A stretch of DNA of 64,000 nt from an uncultured Aliarcobacter sp. (GTDB lineage Bacteria > Campylobacterota > Campylobacteria > Campylobacterales > Arcobacteraceae), in assembly GCA_963677435.1 (NCBI GenBank), contig OY781945.1:992001-1056000 (forward strand), given 5' to 3'. The notes beneath the pieces were generated by a model, which did not search any database, was not told the DNA's origin, and saw only the letters and a program-made list of their open reading frames with translations. Both the position numbers and the translations under genes were made by a program. Shown here piece after piece: positions 30,379 through 41,352 of the stretch. Each line of letters begins with the position of its first letter. Positions within the stretch are counted from its first letter, which is position 1.

Positions 30379-31665
30379 TTATATTCTACCACCAGCTTGA
30401 ACTCCCCAAGTAGTTCTCCATCTAGTTTTTACCAAAGAAATTCCTAAAATTGCAATAAATACAACTATCGCAAAAATCATAAATCCAGCAGTATAACCAT
30501 CAAATGCACCTTTTGACCAACCAAAAGTTTTGATTAATGCAGTTCCACCAAGACCACCTGCACATCCAATGATTCCTGTCATAATTCCAATATCTTTACC
30601 AAATCTTTGAGGAACTAATTGGAAAACTGCTCCATTTGCCATACCAAGATTTGCCATGATTAAAAACAGTACAAAAATGGCAATATAAAATGGAAGAGTG
30701 TAAATTGCACTAATTATAGCTAATAAACAAACCATTCCATAAAAGAAATATAATGATTTAATTCCACCTAATTTATCAGCAATTGCTCCACCAACTGGTC
30801 TTAAAACAGCTCCTGCAAAAATACATAAAGCTCCAAAATATCCAGCAATTACCATTACATTTGGCTCAGCTAAAAAATCAAGTCCAAAAGATGCCATTTC
30901 AGGTTTATATGTACTCATTAAATATACTTTCATGTATCCAGCAAACCCTACAAATCCACCAAAACTAATAGCATAAAATAAACAAAACCACCAAGTATCT
31001 TTGTCTTTTAAAAGTTTTCCATAATCTTTTAATTTTTTAGGATTTGATTTATAAACATCTTCTGGCGCATCTTTTGCCATAAACATATATGTCACTAAAA
31101 TAAAAGCAGATAAAACAGCACCAACTAAAAATACCGATTGCCATCCCCAAATCTCAGCGATTTTTGGAGCAAACAAAAAGTCAATAACAACACCAATATT
31201 TCCAGCTCCTGCAAGGCCTAAAACCACACCTTGAAGTTTAGGAGGATACCATTGTCCAGCTTGTGGAAGTGCAACTGCAAATGAAGCTCCTGCAAAACCT
31301 AAAACAAATGCCACCATTAATAACTCATTATAAGTGATGCTTTCACCTCTTATATAAGCAAAAAATAGACCAACTACAACTATTGTTTGTGAAATAAGTG
31401 CAGTTTTTTTAGCACCAATTCTATCAACAAAAAAACCTAACACAACTCTTAGAATTGCACCTGCTAAAATTGGAATTGCTAAAAGTGTAGCTTTTTGATC
31501 AGCACTCATAATAAAATTTTGAGTTAATTTTAATGATTCTGATATCTCAGTAGCTAATGGGCCAAGCATAGTCCAAACCATAAAACTAAAATCAAAATAC
31601 AAAAAAGCTGCTAACAATGTTGGCCAGTGACCTTGACCTTTTAATTCTTTTAAAGACATATACAT
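30379..31665 (-). CDS. NarK/NasA-type MFS nitrate/nitrite transporter
   Basis: FLYFDFSFMVW, GFAGASFAVALP...WYPP, GAGNIG, LRPVGGAIAD, GMANGAVFQLVPQRF. Confidence 0.93.
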   Translation of the reverse strand: MYMSLKELKGQGHWPTLLAAFLYFDFSFMVWTMLGPLATEISESLKLTQNFIMSADQKATLLAIPILAGAILRVVLGFFVDRIGAKKTALISQTIVVVGLFFAYIRGESITYNELLMVAFVLGFAGASFAVALPQAGQWYPPKLQGVVLGLAGAGNIGVVIDFLFAPKIAEIWGWQSVFLVGAVLSAFILVTYMFMAKDAPEDVYKSNPKKLKDYGKLLKDKDTWWFCLFYAISFGGFVGFAGYMKVYLMSTYKPEMASFGLDFLAEPNVMVIAGYFGALCIFAGAVLRPVGGAIADKLGGIKSLYFFYGMVCLLAIISAIYTLPFYIAIFVLFLIMANLGMANGAVFQLVPQRFGKDIGIMTGIIGCAGGLGGTALIKTFGWSKGAFDGYTAGFMIFAIVVFIAILGISLVKTRWRTTWGVQAGGRI

Positions 31666-31725
31666 CTCCTAATTTAATTTATAGGGTAATTATAATCTTT
31701 AAAAAATATTAAATTTACTTTTTAA

Positions 31726-31742
31726 TGTATATAAAATATTCA
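31726..31742. promoter_or_regulatory. 17-bp palindromic site upstream of the nitrate transporter
   Basis: TGTATA-TAAAA-TATTCA, 31 nt upstream of -10 TATAAT (31689-31694, minus strand). Confidence 0.65.
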
Positions 31743-31847
31743 ATTATTAAAATTTATGTTTTATAAAGTTTTTAACTGTTAAATGTTTATAAATATTAAA
31801 TTTATAGTTTTATATATAAATTAATTAATGTAAAATTAAGTTAAGAT

Positions 31848-31864
31848 TGTATGAAAAGTATACA
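31848..31864. promoter_or_regulatory. 17-bp palindromic site upstream of the EAL-MCP operon
   Basis: TGTATG-AAAAG-TATACA, 30 nt upstream of the -10 hexamer TATGAT (31895-31900, plus strand, with extended TG). Confidence 0.6.
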
Positions 31865-32053
31865 ATATTATTGTTAATAATTTTTTTTGTGTGTTATGAT
31901 TCTATTTATAATATTTAGAATAAATATGTTTATAAATAATTAGAAATGATTAAAAATTTCCACTTGTATAAAAAATTTGCAGAAGAGAATAGTAAAAAAT
32001 TAAATAATCATCTATAATAAATAATAAATAAAAATAATAAGTTGTAAATAAAA

Positions 32054-33250
32054 ATGATAAGAGAAATAATAGAAAAAGAGTTAGTTGAAATCTATTTTCA
32101 ACCAATTGTATCCATAAGAACAAAAAAAATATATGCATTTGAGGCACTTACAAGATGTACATATCAAGGGAAGTTTATACCTCCTGCTGAACTTTTTACT
32201 TTGGCGTTGGAATCAAATTTGAGTTTAGAACTAGATGTATTGACAAGAAATAAATCTATAGAGAAGTTTAAACAATATTATTTGAAAAATAATGATTTAT
32301 TGTTATTTCTAAATTTTGAATCTTCACTTATAAATACTTTTGATAAGAATCTGAGAAACTATTGTTTTGTTGAAACAATTGATGATATTGTAATTCCTTA
32401 TAAAAATTTTGTAATTGAAATAAAAGAGGATGAAATAGCAAATACTCAAGCTTTAGAAGATTTTTGTATTTATTATAAAGAGTTAGGATTTGCAATAGCT
32501 TTAGATGATTTTGGAACTGGAAATTCTACTTTTGATAGGATAAATTTAATAAAACCTGATTTAATAAAAATTGATAAATCATTATTCAGAAATATACGAA
32601 ATAATCAAATAAATAAAGAGATAGTAAAAGCAATAGCAAAAATGAGTCACAACTCTGGAATTACAGTTTTAGCAGAAGGTGTAGAAGATGAAGATCCAAT
32701 TTGTCTTTCTATGAAATCAAATATAAATCTTTTTCAAGGTTATTACTTTTCAAAAGCTATAAATGAATTAAATAGTGAGGAAGAAAATAAAATTTTGACA
32801 AAAATTGCAGAGATTGGGAATATCTTTAAAAAAAGAACAATTGATTCAATAAATAAAAAAAGAGATTTGGTAAATAATTATAATTTAGTCTCAGACAAAA
32901 TCATTGAACAATTTAATCATATAGATAGTGCAAAAAATATTATGTGTAGTGAATTGGATAACTGTTCTACTTTGGAAGCCATATATTTAATTGATGTAAA
33001 AACATCAAAACAGGTACACGATACTAGTATAAAAAGCATTAATGAAAGATTTAAACCCTCAAAAAATGGAGATGAACACTATTTAAAAGAATATTACTAC
33101 ATAACCTTAGAATCAAAACGAGGGATGTTTTTAAGTGAAAAATATATTTCATATGCAAGTGGAAATATATGTAAAACATTTGCTAAAAAGTTTGAATTAG
33201 AAAATGAATCTTACATAATATGTTTAGACATAATAATTAAAAGGAATTAA
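32054..33250 (+). CDS. EAL phosphodiesterase with C-terminal YkuI_C/PDC-like domain
   Basis: FQPIV, FEALTR, LFLNF, LDDFGTG, LAEGVE, QGYYF; tail KEYY...[15 protein letters not shown]...ICLDI. Confidence 0.85.
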   Translation: MIREIIEKELVEIYFQPIVSIRTKKIYAFEALTRCTYQGKFIPPAELFTLALESNLSLELDVLTRNKSIEKFKQYYLKNNDLLLFLNFESSLINTFDKNLRNYCFVETIDDIVIPYKNFVIEIKEDEIANTQALEDFCIYYKELGFAIALDDFGTGNSTFDRINLIKPDLIKIDKSLFRNIRNNQINKEIVKAIAKMSHNSGITVLAEGVEDEDPICLSMKSNINLFQGYYFSKAINELNSEEENKILTKIAEIGNIFKKRTIDSINKKRDLVNNYNLVSDKIIEQFNHIDSAKNIMCSELDNCSTLEAIYLIDVKTSKQVHDTSIKSINERFKPSKNGDEHYLKEYYYITLESKRGMFLSEKYISYASGNICKTFAKKFELENESYIICLDIIIKRN

Positions 33251-33252
33251 TC

Positions 33253-35049
33253 ATGAAAAGTTTGTTGGACAGACTTAGTTTAAAAACGAAATTAATATTT
33301 TTAATAACATTCCCTTTTGTGGGTTTTTTATTAATTTCTGCACTTTATATAAATCAAATGTTAGTAGATGATTTCGATAATAAATCAGTTTTTACATTAA
33401 TATTTGTACTACTTGTAATTTTAATTACACTTTTTTTGTTTGTATCAATTTCAAATAATATTAATAATTCTATATTAACAATAAAATCAGGACTTAGTCG
33501 ATTTTTTAACTATCTTACTTCAACAGAAAAAAATCTTGATGCTATTGATTTAAATTCAAATGATTATTTAGGTGATATGGCAAAAGAGTTAAATCAAAAT
33601 ATTCAAAAAATAAAAGATGGACTTGCAATTGATAATGAAGTAATAAATGAAGCAAAATTTGTATCAAAAATGATAGGGAAAGGTTTTTTAGTTTATAGAA
33701 TAAATGGTGAAGCAAATAATGTTTACATAAATGAATTAAAAGATAATTTTAACCATATGATTGACTCTTTAAGGGAAAATATTGTTAATTCATTTGTAAC
33801 ATCGTTAAGTTATGCAAATGGAAATTTTGAGATAAAAGCTGATAAAAGTGATATTGGAGCAATTGTAAATACACTTTTAAGATGTTTAAATATGATAGGA
33901 ACAAATGTATCAGAATTTTTAGCAATGATAAATAAAAATGGTTATGTTTTAGATGAAAAATCTAATGAATTATTAGCTTTAGTAAGCAGTTTACACAATG
34001 CAACTATTAATCAAGCAGCATCCTTAGAAGAGACAAGTGCAGCAGTTGCAGAGATTACATCAAATATTGCAGATACTTCAATAAAAGCTAAAAATATGTT
34101 AGAAATTGCTACTAAAACAAAAAACTATGCAAATGAGGGAATTAAGTTAGTTGAAAATACTGAAAAATCAATGCTTGAAATAAATGACTCAACAAGTGCA
34201 ATTCAAGAAGCAATTACAATTATTGACCAAATTGCCTTTCAAACAAATATTCTTTCTTTAAATGCTGCAGTTGAAGCAGCAACTGCTGGAGAAGCTGGCA
34301 AAGGATTTGCAGTTGTTGCAGCAGAAGTGAGAAATCTTGCAAACAGAAGTGCAGATGCAGCAAAACAGATAAAACATCTTGTTGAAGTTGCAAATCAAAA
34401 ATCAATAGATGGTAAAAATTATTCTCAAGAGATGAAAAATAGTTTTGAAAAACTAGCTTCAATGATTCAAGAAAACACTGTAATTATTGATGATGTTGCA
34501 AAATCAAATGAAACCCAAATGCAAAATATTTCACAAATAAGTGAAACAATGAATAGACTAGACCATATAACTCAAGAAAATGCAAATATGGCAACTAAAA
34601 CAAAAGAGTTAGCAACACAAACAAATGAAGTAGCAATAAGTATGATAAAAGCTGCATCTTTAAATAAATATGACAAAGCTGTAGAAAATAGAATATCTGA
34701 TTTTGATTTAGTTCAAGAGTTAAATAATGTAAAAATAGATTATGCAAAATATAAACAAGCTATTTTAAATCAAGTAAATAATAATAGTGAAACTATAAAT
34801 ATTGATGTAGAAAATAGAAAAAATATAGATAAGTTTATAAAAAAATATGAATTAAAAGAAAAAGTAGATTCAGGTCATTTATCTAAAATCAAAGATAAAA
34901 CTATTCAATTAGATAAAAAACTTTCATATTATGGATTAGCAATAAAACAAAGAGATGAAAAGAATATATTAAGTACTTCAACTGAAATAGAGAATATATT
35001 AGATGAGTTATTTATAGAATTAAATAATATGAAAAGTACTAAAAAATAG
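33253..35049 (+). CDS. MCP with minimal periplasmic loop and C-terminal extra domain
   Basis: Two TMs separated by about 12 aa, MCP hairpin, about 120-aa helical C-terminal extension. Confidence 0.9.
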   Translation: MKSLLDRLSLKTKLIFLITFPFVGFLLISALYINQMLVDDFDNKSVFTLIFVLLVILITLFLFVSISNNINNSILTIKSGLSRFFNYLTSTEKNLDAIDLNSNDYLGDMAKELNQNIQKIKDGLAIDNEVINEAKFVSKMIGKGFLVYRINGEANNVYINELKDNFNHMIDSLRENIVNSFVTSLSYANGNFEIKADKSDIGAIVNTLLRCLNMIGTNVSEFLAMINKNGYVLDEKSNELLALVSSLHNATINQAASLEETSAAVAEITSNIADTSIKAKNMLEIATKTKNYANEGIKLVENTEKSMLEINDSTSAIQEAITIIDQIAFQTNILSLNAAVEAATAGEAGKGFAVVAAEVRNLANRSADAAKQIKHLVEVANQKSIDGKNYSQEMKNSFEKLASMIQENTVIIDDVAKSNETQMQNISQISETMNRLDHITQENANMATKTKELATQTNEVAISMIKAASLNKYDKAVENRISDFDLVQELNNVKIDYAKYKQAILNQVNNNSETINIDVENRKNIDKFIKKYELKEKVDSGHLSKIKDKTIQLDKKLSYYGLAIKQRDEKNILSTSTEIENILDELFIELNNMKSTKK

Positions 35050-35229
35050 AATATAATAGAAAAAAATAAGAAATTTACTATTTATAATAATTCAAGAAGT
35101 TGCCATTTTTACGGATGAGATGTAATATATTAATTAAATAATAATGATATTAATATTAAGACAAAAAATAAAATAATTTGATAGAATACTTATACAAGAA
35201 TATTTTAGTAACTTTTTTAAGGAAATTCT

Positions 35230-36855
35230 ATGGACCTAACTCTTCCACAAGCTGCAAACTTTTTGAAACTTATTTCAAAACATTTACCTGACATGTTGTG
35301 GGCAAAAGATTTAGAAGGTAGATATTTATATGCAAATGATGCAATTTGTAATAAGTTATTAATGGCAGATCCTAAAGAAGTTGTTGGACAAAAAGATGTA
35401 TTTTTTGCCCAAAGAGAAAGAGCTAAACATCCCCAAAATAAACAATGGCATACTTTTGGAGAATTATGTTTCAATTCTGATTATGTGGTAATTGAACAAA
35501 TGAAACCTATGATTTTTGAAGAGTATGGAAATATCAAAGGGGAACTTGTATATCTTGAAGTTCATAAAGCACCTTTACATGATGAAAATGGAAATTTAAT
35601 AGGTACTATTGGAAGTGGAAGAGATATTACTGCTCAAGTTTTATTAGAAAAAAAGAATGAAGAATTAGCTTATTATGACCACTTAACACATTTACCAAAT
35701 AGACAAAAAATCATTTTAGATATGAATGAAAAATCGCCTAAAGCCTGTGTAATTTTTAATATTGATGAATTTAAAGTAATAAATGATTTTTTCGGTGTTG
35801 AAAGTGGAGATAAAATTTTAAAAGATATTTCAGAATGGTTTTTAAGATTAGGTTTAGAGCCATATAGAATAGATGGTGATGAGTTTGCAATATTGTATTA
35901 TGATGATATTTCAATTGAAGATATAAAACACAATATTGAAAACCTTTTATCTTTATTTGAAGAAGAATTATTTCATGTGCAAGATGAAACTGTTCATCTT
36001 CAGTTTTCAGCAGGAATTGCAAAGGTAAAAGAGAAACTACTTACAAAAGCTGATATTGCAGTTAATTATGCAAGAGAGCAAAAAATTAAAGTTTCAGTAT
36101 ATGAAGAGAATGCAAATATTGAGCAAAAGTATAAACGAAATATTGCCATTGCAACTTCAATAAGAGAAGCTTTATTAGATAACAGAATCGTATGTCATTA
36201 TCAACCAATTATGGATATTAAAACAGGTCAAATTAGTAAATATGAAACATTAGTTAGAATGGTTGATAAGAATAATCAAATAATTCCACCTTTAGATTTT
36301 TTAAAAATTGCAAAAAAAACAAAACTCTATTCTCACATTACAAAAGAGGTTATTCATCAATCATGTAATACATTTAAAAATAGAAAAGAGAGCTTTTCTG
36401 TAAATCTATCAATTGATGATATTCAAGATGCAACTACTGTACAAGAGATTATTCATACAATTATAAATACAAATACAGCCTCAAGAATAGTTTTTGAAAT
36501 ATTAGAATCAGAAGGAATTGAAAATTATGATGAGGTTGCAAATTTTATTACACAAGTAAAATCACTTGGAGCAAAAATCGCAATTGATGATTTTGGAACA
36601 GGTTACTCTAATTTTGAACATATCTTAAAATTAAATGTAGATTTTATAAAGATTGATGGCTCTTTAATTAAAAGTATTCATGAAAATAAAAGACATAGAA
36701 TAATCGTAGAAATAATAGTTGACTTCGCAAAAAAAACTAATTCTAAAACAATAGCTGAATATGTAATTGACGAAACAATCTTCTCAATCATAAAAGAGAT
36801 TGGAGTAGATTTCTCTCAAGGTTTTTATACTGGAAAACCGGACTTACTAAAATAA
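35230..36855 (+). CDS. PAS-GGDEF(DGDEF)-EAL protein
   Basis: MLWAKDLEGRYLYAN...GRDIT; YYDHLTHLPNR, RIDGDEFAI; YETLVR, IDDFGTGYSN. Confidence 0.88.
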   Translation: MDLTLPQAANFLKLISKHLPDMLWAKDLEGRYLYANDAICNKLLMADPKEVVGQKDVFFAQRERAKHPQNKQWHTFGELCFNSDYVVIEQMKPMIFEEYGNIKGELVYLEVHKAPLHDENGNLIGTIGSGRDITAQVLLEKKNEELAYYDHLTHLPNRQKIILDMNEKSPKACVIFNIDEFKVINDFFGVESGDKILKDISEWFLRLGLEPYRIDGDEFAILYYDDISIEDIKHNIENLLSLFEEELFHVQDETVHLQFSAGIAKVKEKLLTKADIAVNYAREQKIKVSVYEENANIEQKYKRNIAIATSIREALLDNRIVCHYQPIMDIKTGQISKYETLVRMVDKNNQIIPPLDFLKIAKKTKLYSHITKEVIHQSCNTFKNRKESFSVNLSIDDIQDATTVQEIIHTIINTNTASRIVFEILESEGIENYDEVANFITQVKSLGAKIAIDDFGTGYSNFEHILKLNVDFIKIDGSLIKSIHENKRHRIIVEIIVDFAKKTNSKTIAEYVIDETIFSIIKEIGVDFSQGFYTGKPDLLK

Positions 36856-37033
36856 ATTTAAATGCAATATAAATAATAAAAAATTCAATCATATAGTATC
36901 TTTTTAAGATGTTTTATATTATTATCTGATGTTAAATAATGAATATTTACATAAAAATATTTAATTATTATTAATGAATGGTTACTCATATAGGCAAAAT
37001 GATAATAATAGTTTAAGAAAAGGGGACAAAACT

Positions 37034-39349
37034 ATGTTTAAGAATTTAACAATTAGATTTAAATTGATACTATCTTTTTCAATAATAATTTTATTGATAA
37101 TGATATTGGCTTCATATAGCATCTATGCAACAAATAAATCATCTGATGGTTTCACAGAATATAGAGGAATAGCTAAAAGTAGTATTTTAGCAAGTAGAGT
37201 TCAATCAAATATGCTTATGATGAGGTTAAATGTTTTAAACTATTTAACCACAAAATCTAATAAAGATATAGAAGATTTTAATCATTATTTTGATGTATCA
37301 AAAGGTTTTATAACAGAAGCAAAAACAGATATAAAAGATACAAATAATAATATTTTAGTGAAAAATATTGATATTTCTCTTGATATTTATAAAGAGAGTT
37401 TTTTGCAAGTTGTTGATTTAATGAAAAAAAGGGATGATATTTTTCATGATAATTTAAATATTAATGGTAAAAAAGTAGAAAAAGAGTTAAGTTCACTAAT
37501 ATTGAAAAATGAAGAAAAGAGTAGACAAGATATCTCTTTAGAATATTCAAAAATTTTAAAAGAGTTCCTTTTAGCTAGGCTTTATACTATGAAACTATTA
37601 GAATCAAATAGTAAAGAAGATTATGAAAGAGTAATTAGTGAATTTGCAGATTTTGAAGAGAAATTAAAACAATTTAAAAATAATTTTGATAGCTCAGAGA
37701 TAAAAAATATTGTTAACTTAGCAAAAACATACAATAATGGAGTTACACAAATATATGAAACAATAAATCAAAGAAATAAAATTTTAGATGAAAAAATATA
37801 TATAATTGGCCCAGAAATTGCAAAAATATCTGAAGATATCAAGTTATCATTAAAAGAAAGACAAGATGCTATTGGACCTGAAGTTGCAAAATTAAATAAT
37901 AATATAAAACTTCTAATAACTACAATTTCACTTATCATTTTAGTATTTGGAATTTTTATAGCTGTTGTACTTCCAAGAAATATAACAAATCTTTTAAATC
38001 TTTTTAAAGAAGGATTATTTAGTTTCTTTGTATATTTAAATAGAGAATCTTCAACTGTTCAATTAATAAATATAGATTCAAAAGATGAATTTGGAGAAAT
38101 GGCAAAAATAGTAAATAAAAATATTGATAAAACTCAAAAAAGTATAGAAGAAGATAGAAGATTAATAGATGAAGCAATAGCTGTTCTAGGAGAATTTGAA
38201 CAAGGTGATTTATGTCAAAGATTAAATATAAGTGTAGATAATCCTGCACTTATGGAACTAAAAAATGTTCTTAATAAAATGGCAAATAATCTTGAAAATA
38301 ATATTGATAATGTATTAAAAGTTTTAGAACAATACAGTAACTATAATTATTTAAATAAAATTGATAAAAAAGATTTAAAAGAACAACTTTTAAAACTAGC
38401 AAATGGCGTAAATAATTTAGGTGATTCTATAACTCAAATGTTATTAGAAAATAAATCAAATGGATTGACTTTAGATAATAGCTCAAACATATTGTTATCA
38501 AATGTAGATAAACTAAATCAAAGTTCAAATGAAGCAGCATCAAGTTTAGAAGAGACAGCAGCCGCACTTGAAGAGATAACATCTAATATTAGAAATACAA
38601 CAGAAAATATTGCTCAAATGTCTAAACTTTCAAGTGAAGTAACTTCATCAGCATCAGAAGGAGAAAGATTAGCAAATCAAACAACAGTTTCAATGGATGA
38701 AATAAATTCCCAAGTAAATCTAATAAATGAATCCATAACAGTAATTGACCAAATAGCATTCCAAACAAATATTCTTTCACTAAATGCAGCCGTAGAAGCA
38801 GCAACTGCAGGAGAAGCAGGGAAAGGATTTGCAGTAGTTGCAGCAGAAGTGAGAAACTTGGCTTCAAGATCAGCAGAAGCTGCTCGAGAGATAAAAACTA
38901 TTGTTGAAGCTGCAACTGTAAAAGCTAATCAAGGAAAAGATATAGCTAGTAATATGATTAGTGGATATAAACAGTTAAATCAGAATATTTCACAAACAAT
39001 AAATCTGATTCAAGATATCGAGATGTCAAGTAAAGAACAATTAACAGGTATTGAGCAAATAAATGATGCTGTAAATCAACTAGATCAACAAACACAAAAA
39101 AATGCAGCAGTAGCATGACAAACTCAAGATATAGCTGAAATTACAGATAAAATTGCAAAATTAATTGTTACAAATGCAGATGAAAAAGAGTTTGCTGGGA
39201 AAAAAGAAGTAAAAGCAAAAAATATGAATGCAAATAATAATTCTTCATTTGATTCAAAAGTAGTTGAAGTTGCACATAAGAAAAAAGCAATATCACAAAA
39301 TGAAAAAAAGAGTTCAAATAATTCTAAAGAAGAATGGGAAACTTTTTAA
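37034..39349 (+). pseudogene. MCP with large helical sensor domain, interrupted by an in-frame TGA at 39116-39118
   Basis: The frame stays open for 76 more codons after the TGA (QTQDIAEITDKIAKLIVTNADEKEF...EEWETF*), matching the C-termini of the other MCPs here. Likely start is ATG 37034 after AGGGG. Confidence 0.75.
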
Positions 39350-39366
39350 ACCTTTAATCTTATAAA

Positions 39367-39397
39367 TAATTCTGATAGGAAAAGCCTATCAGAATTA
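39367..39397. terminator. Hairpin between convergent genes
   Basis: TAATTCTGATAGG-AAAAG-CCTATCAGAATTA, 17 nt after the downstream TAA at 39349. Confidence 0.75.
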
Positions 39398-39450
39398 ATT
39401 TGAGAGGGAATATTTAACGGTCTCAAATTAAATATTTTGGCTAGTGAAAT

Positions 39451-41352
39451 TTATTTTAAAGTATCAAACTCAATAGTAATTTCAGTTCCTTTGTAATTAT
39501 TATTTTGATAAGTTAAGTCAACATTTTTAATTAAAAGATTACCTTTCATGTGTTTCACAATAATTTCTTCTGTCATATAAAGTCCAATTCCTGTGCCTTT
39601 TGCTTGATGTTTCGTTGTAAAGTAGGGTTCACAAACTTTATCAATTATTGATTCATCAATTCCTCCTGCATTATCAGTTATTTTGATAAATGATTTGTTG
39701 TCTTTTTTATAAGTAGAAATAAAAATTAATTTCTCAGAATTTACAGTTTCTAGGGCATCTTTAGCATTATTTAGAATATTTATTAAAGCTTGAATAAACT
39801 CATTTTCGAAACCAAATAATTCATAATCATTTATGTTATTTATAAAAAGAATATTGTTATTTTTATATTGAGCTTCTGTTAGTTTTAGAACTTTTTCAAA
39901 AACATCTTTTATGTCAAATTTAATTTCAGTTTTATCTGTTTTAAAAAAGTTTCTAAAATCATCAATAGTATCAGATAGATATAAGGCAGAGTGATTAATA
40001 TTTTCTATAGATTTATTGAAGGTTTCATCATCAAGACAATCAAACTCTTTTTGAAGTTTCATTCCAGAAGCCAAAGTTGTAATAACAGAAAGAGGTTGTC
40101 TCCATTGGTGGGCAATATTTCCTAACATTTCTCCCATAGCAGCCATCTTTGATTGTTGGGATAAAATATGTTGTTGTTTAGTATTTTTATCAATATAAAG
40201 ATTAATTTCACTTTTATATTTTGAGAATTTTTTTTCAATTAATTTTGAAATATAGAATGAAATCAATAATAAAACGATAGTTAAAATTAATGCAAAATAG
40301 ATTATATTTATAACTTTTTCATGAAAATTTGTATTTAGTTCATTGGTTTTCTTTTTTATAATTTGATTTATATCTTCATGGTAAAAGCCTTTACCTAAAA
40401 TCCAACCCCAATTATTTAAACCTATTATATAACTGGTTTTTATTCTAAATTCATTTAAAAGTTTGTGGTTATAAGTTATGAATCCACTTCCATGCTTAGC
40501 CATAAAAAGCATATCATTAAAAACTTGTGTATTATTGAAGTTTGTAGTATCTTGTATGTTTTTATTAATATTTTTTTCTATTAAGTGAAACAAAATTTTT
40601 TTGTTGTAATCAAGAATAAAAAAATAGTTACTATCATTTGCTCTTAATCTTGAAATATATTCTAAAACTTCTTTTTTTACATCATTGTCAAAATCTTCAA
40701 AATATTCTCCTGTTCCAATAAACCAGTCATAAGGTTCAAAATAAGTATTGAAACCTATTTTTTTATAACCTTTTGTCGGGTCATTAGGTTTTGGATAATA
40801 CCAAGTTAAAAAACCTTCTTTTTCTGTTTTAACTTGTTTAACTATTTCTCTTGTTAAAAATGTTCCATTTGAATCTTTAAAATTATAAAAACTTGTTCCT
40901 TCTAAATTCTTTGCAATGGGTAATAAAATACACTCATAATCCAAAGAGTAAATAAAAAAATATCCTCTTCCTTCATTAAATCTTATATTTCCAAGAGCAT
41001 CTTGAATCATCTTTTTTATTTCATTTTTTGATTTTGAGTCTTTGTTTTCATTATAAATATTCATAGCAATATCTTTTGCTTCATAAACTCTATTTTTTAT
41101 ATTTTCTTTGAGTCTATTTTCTGTTGATTCTTGAGTTTTGATAATAAAATTATATAAATCATCTACATCAAGGGATACGATGTCTTTATTTTTTTTAATA
41201 AATTCTTCTTTAATTGTATTTTTTTCTTTTTGAAGTTCTCTTTGTTTATCAAGATATAAAAAGAAAGTCATAATAAGAGAAATAGTTAAGATAAATATTG
41301 GAGGAGTAAATTTAATAATATTTATAAGTGATTTTTCATTTTTGTAAGTCAT
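39451..41352 (-). CDS. Cache-domain sensor histidine kinase (copy 1)
   Basis: Two Cache-like repeats (GRGYFFIY, YDWFIGTG, WGWILGKG); MGEMLGNIAHQWRQPL, NILNNAKDA, DNAGGI, PYFTTK, GTGIGL. Confidence 0.92.
   Translation of the reverse strand: MTYKNEKSLINIIKFTPPIFILTISLIMTFFLYLDKQRELQKEKNTIKEEFIKKNKDIVSLDVDDLYNFIIKTQESTENRLKENIKNRVYEAKDIAMNIYNENKDSKSKNEIKKMIQDALGNIRFNEGRGYFFIYSLDYECILLPIAKNLEGTSFYNFKDSNGTFLTREIVKQVKTEKEGFLTWYYPKPNDPTKGYKKIGFNTYFEPYDWFIGTGEYFEDFDNDVKKEVLEYISRLRANDSNYFFILDYNKKILFHLIEKNINKNIQDTTNFNNTQVFNDMLFMAKHGSGFITYNHKLLNEFRIKTSYIIGLNNWGWILGKGFYHEDINQIIKKKTNELNTNFHEKVINIIYFALILTIVLLLISFYISKLIEKKFSKYKSEINLYIDKNTKQQHILSQQSKMAAMGEMLGNIAHQWRQPLSVITTLASGMKLQKEFDCLDDETFNKSIENINHSALYLSDTIDDFRNFFKTDKTEIKFDIKDVFEKVLKLTEAQYKNNNILFINNINDYELFGFENEFIQALINILNNAKDALETVNSEKLIFISTYKKDNKSFIKITDNAGGIDESIIDKVCEPYFTTKHQAKGTGIGLYMTEEIIVKHMKGNLLIKNVDLTYQNNNYKGTEITIEFDTLK

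Noticed and set aside
35090..35106. Possible sigma54 promoter TGGCAAC...
   Set aside because: No GC at the -12 position and no gene in that orientation nearby.
35139..35160. Fur-like AATAATGATATTAATATTA upstream of the PAS-EAL gene
   Set aside because: Too many mismatches to be meaningful in such AT-rich DNA.
39116..39160. Selenocysteine recoding of the MCP TGA
   Set aside because: No SECIS-like hairpin follows, paralogs have no Cys at this position, and other genes here use TGA as a normal stop.
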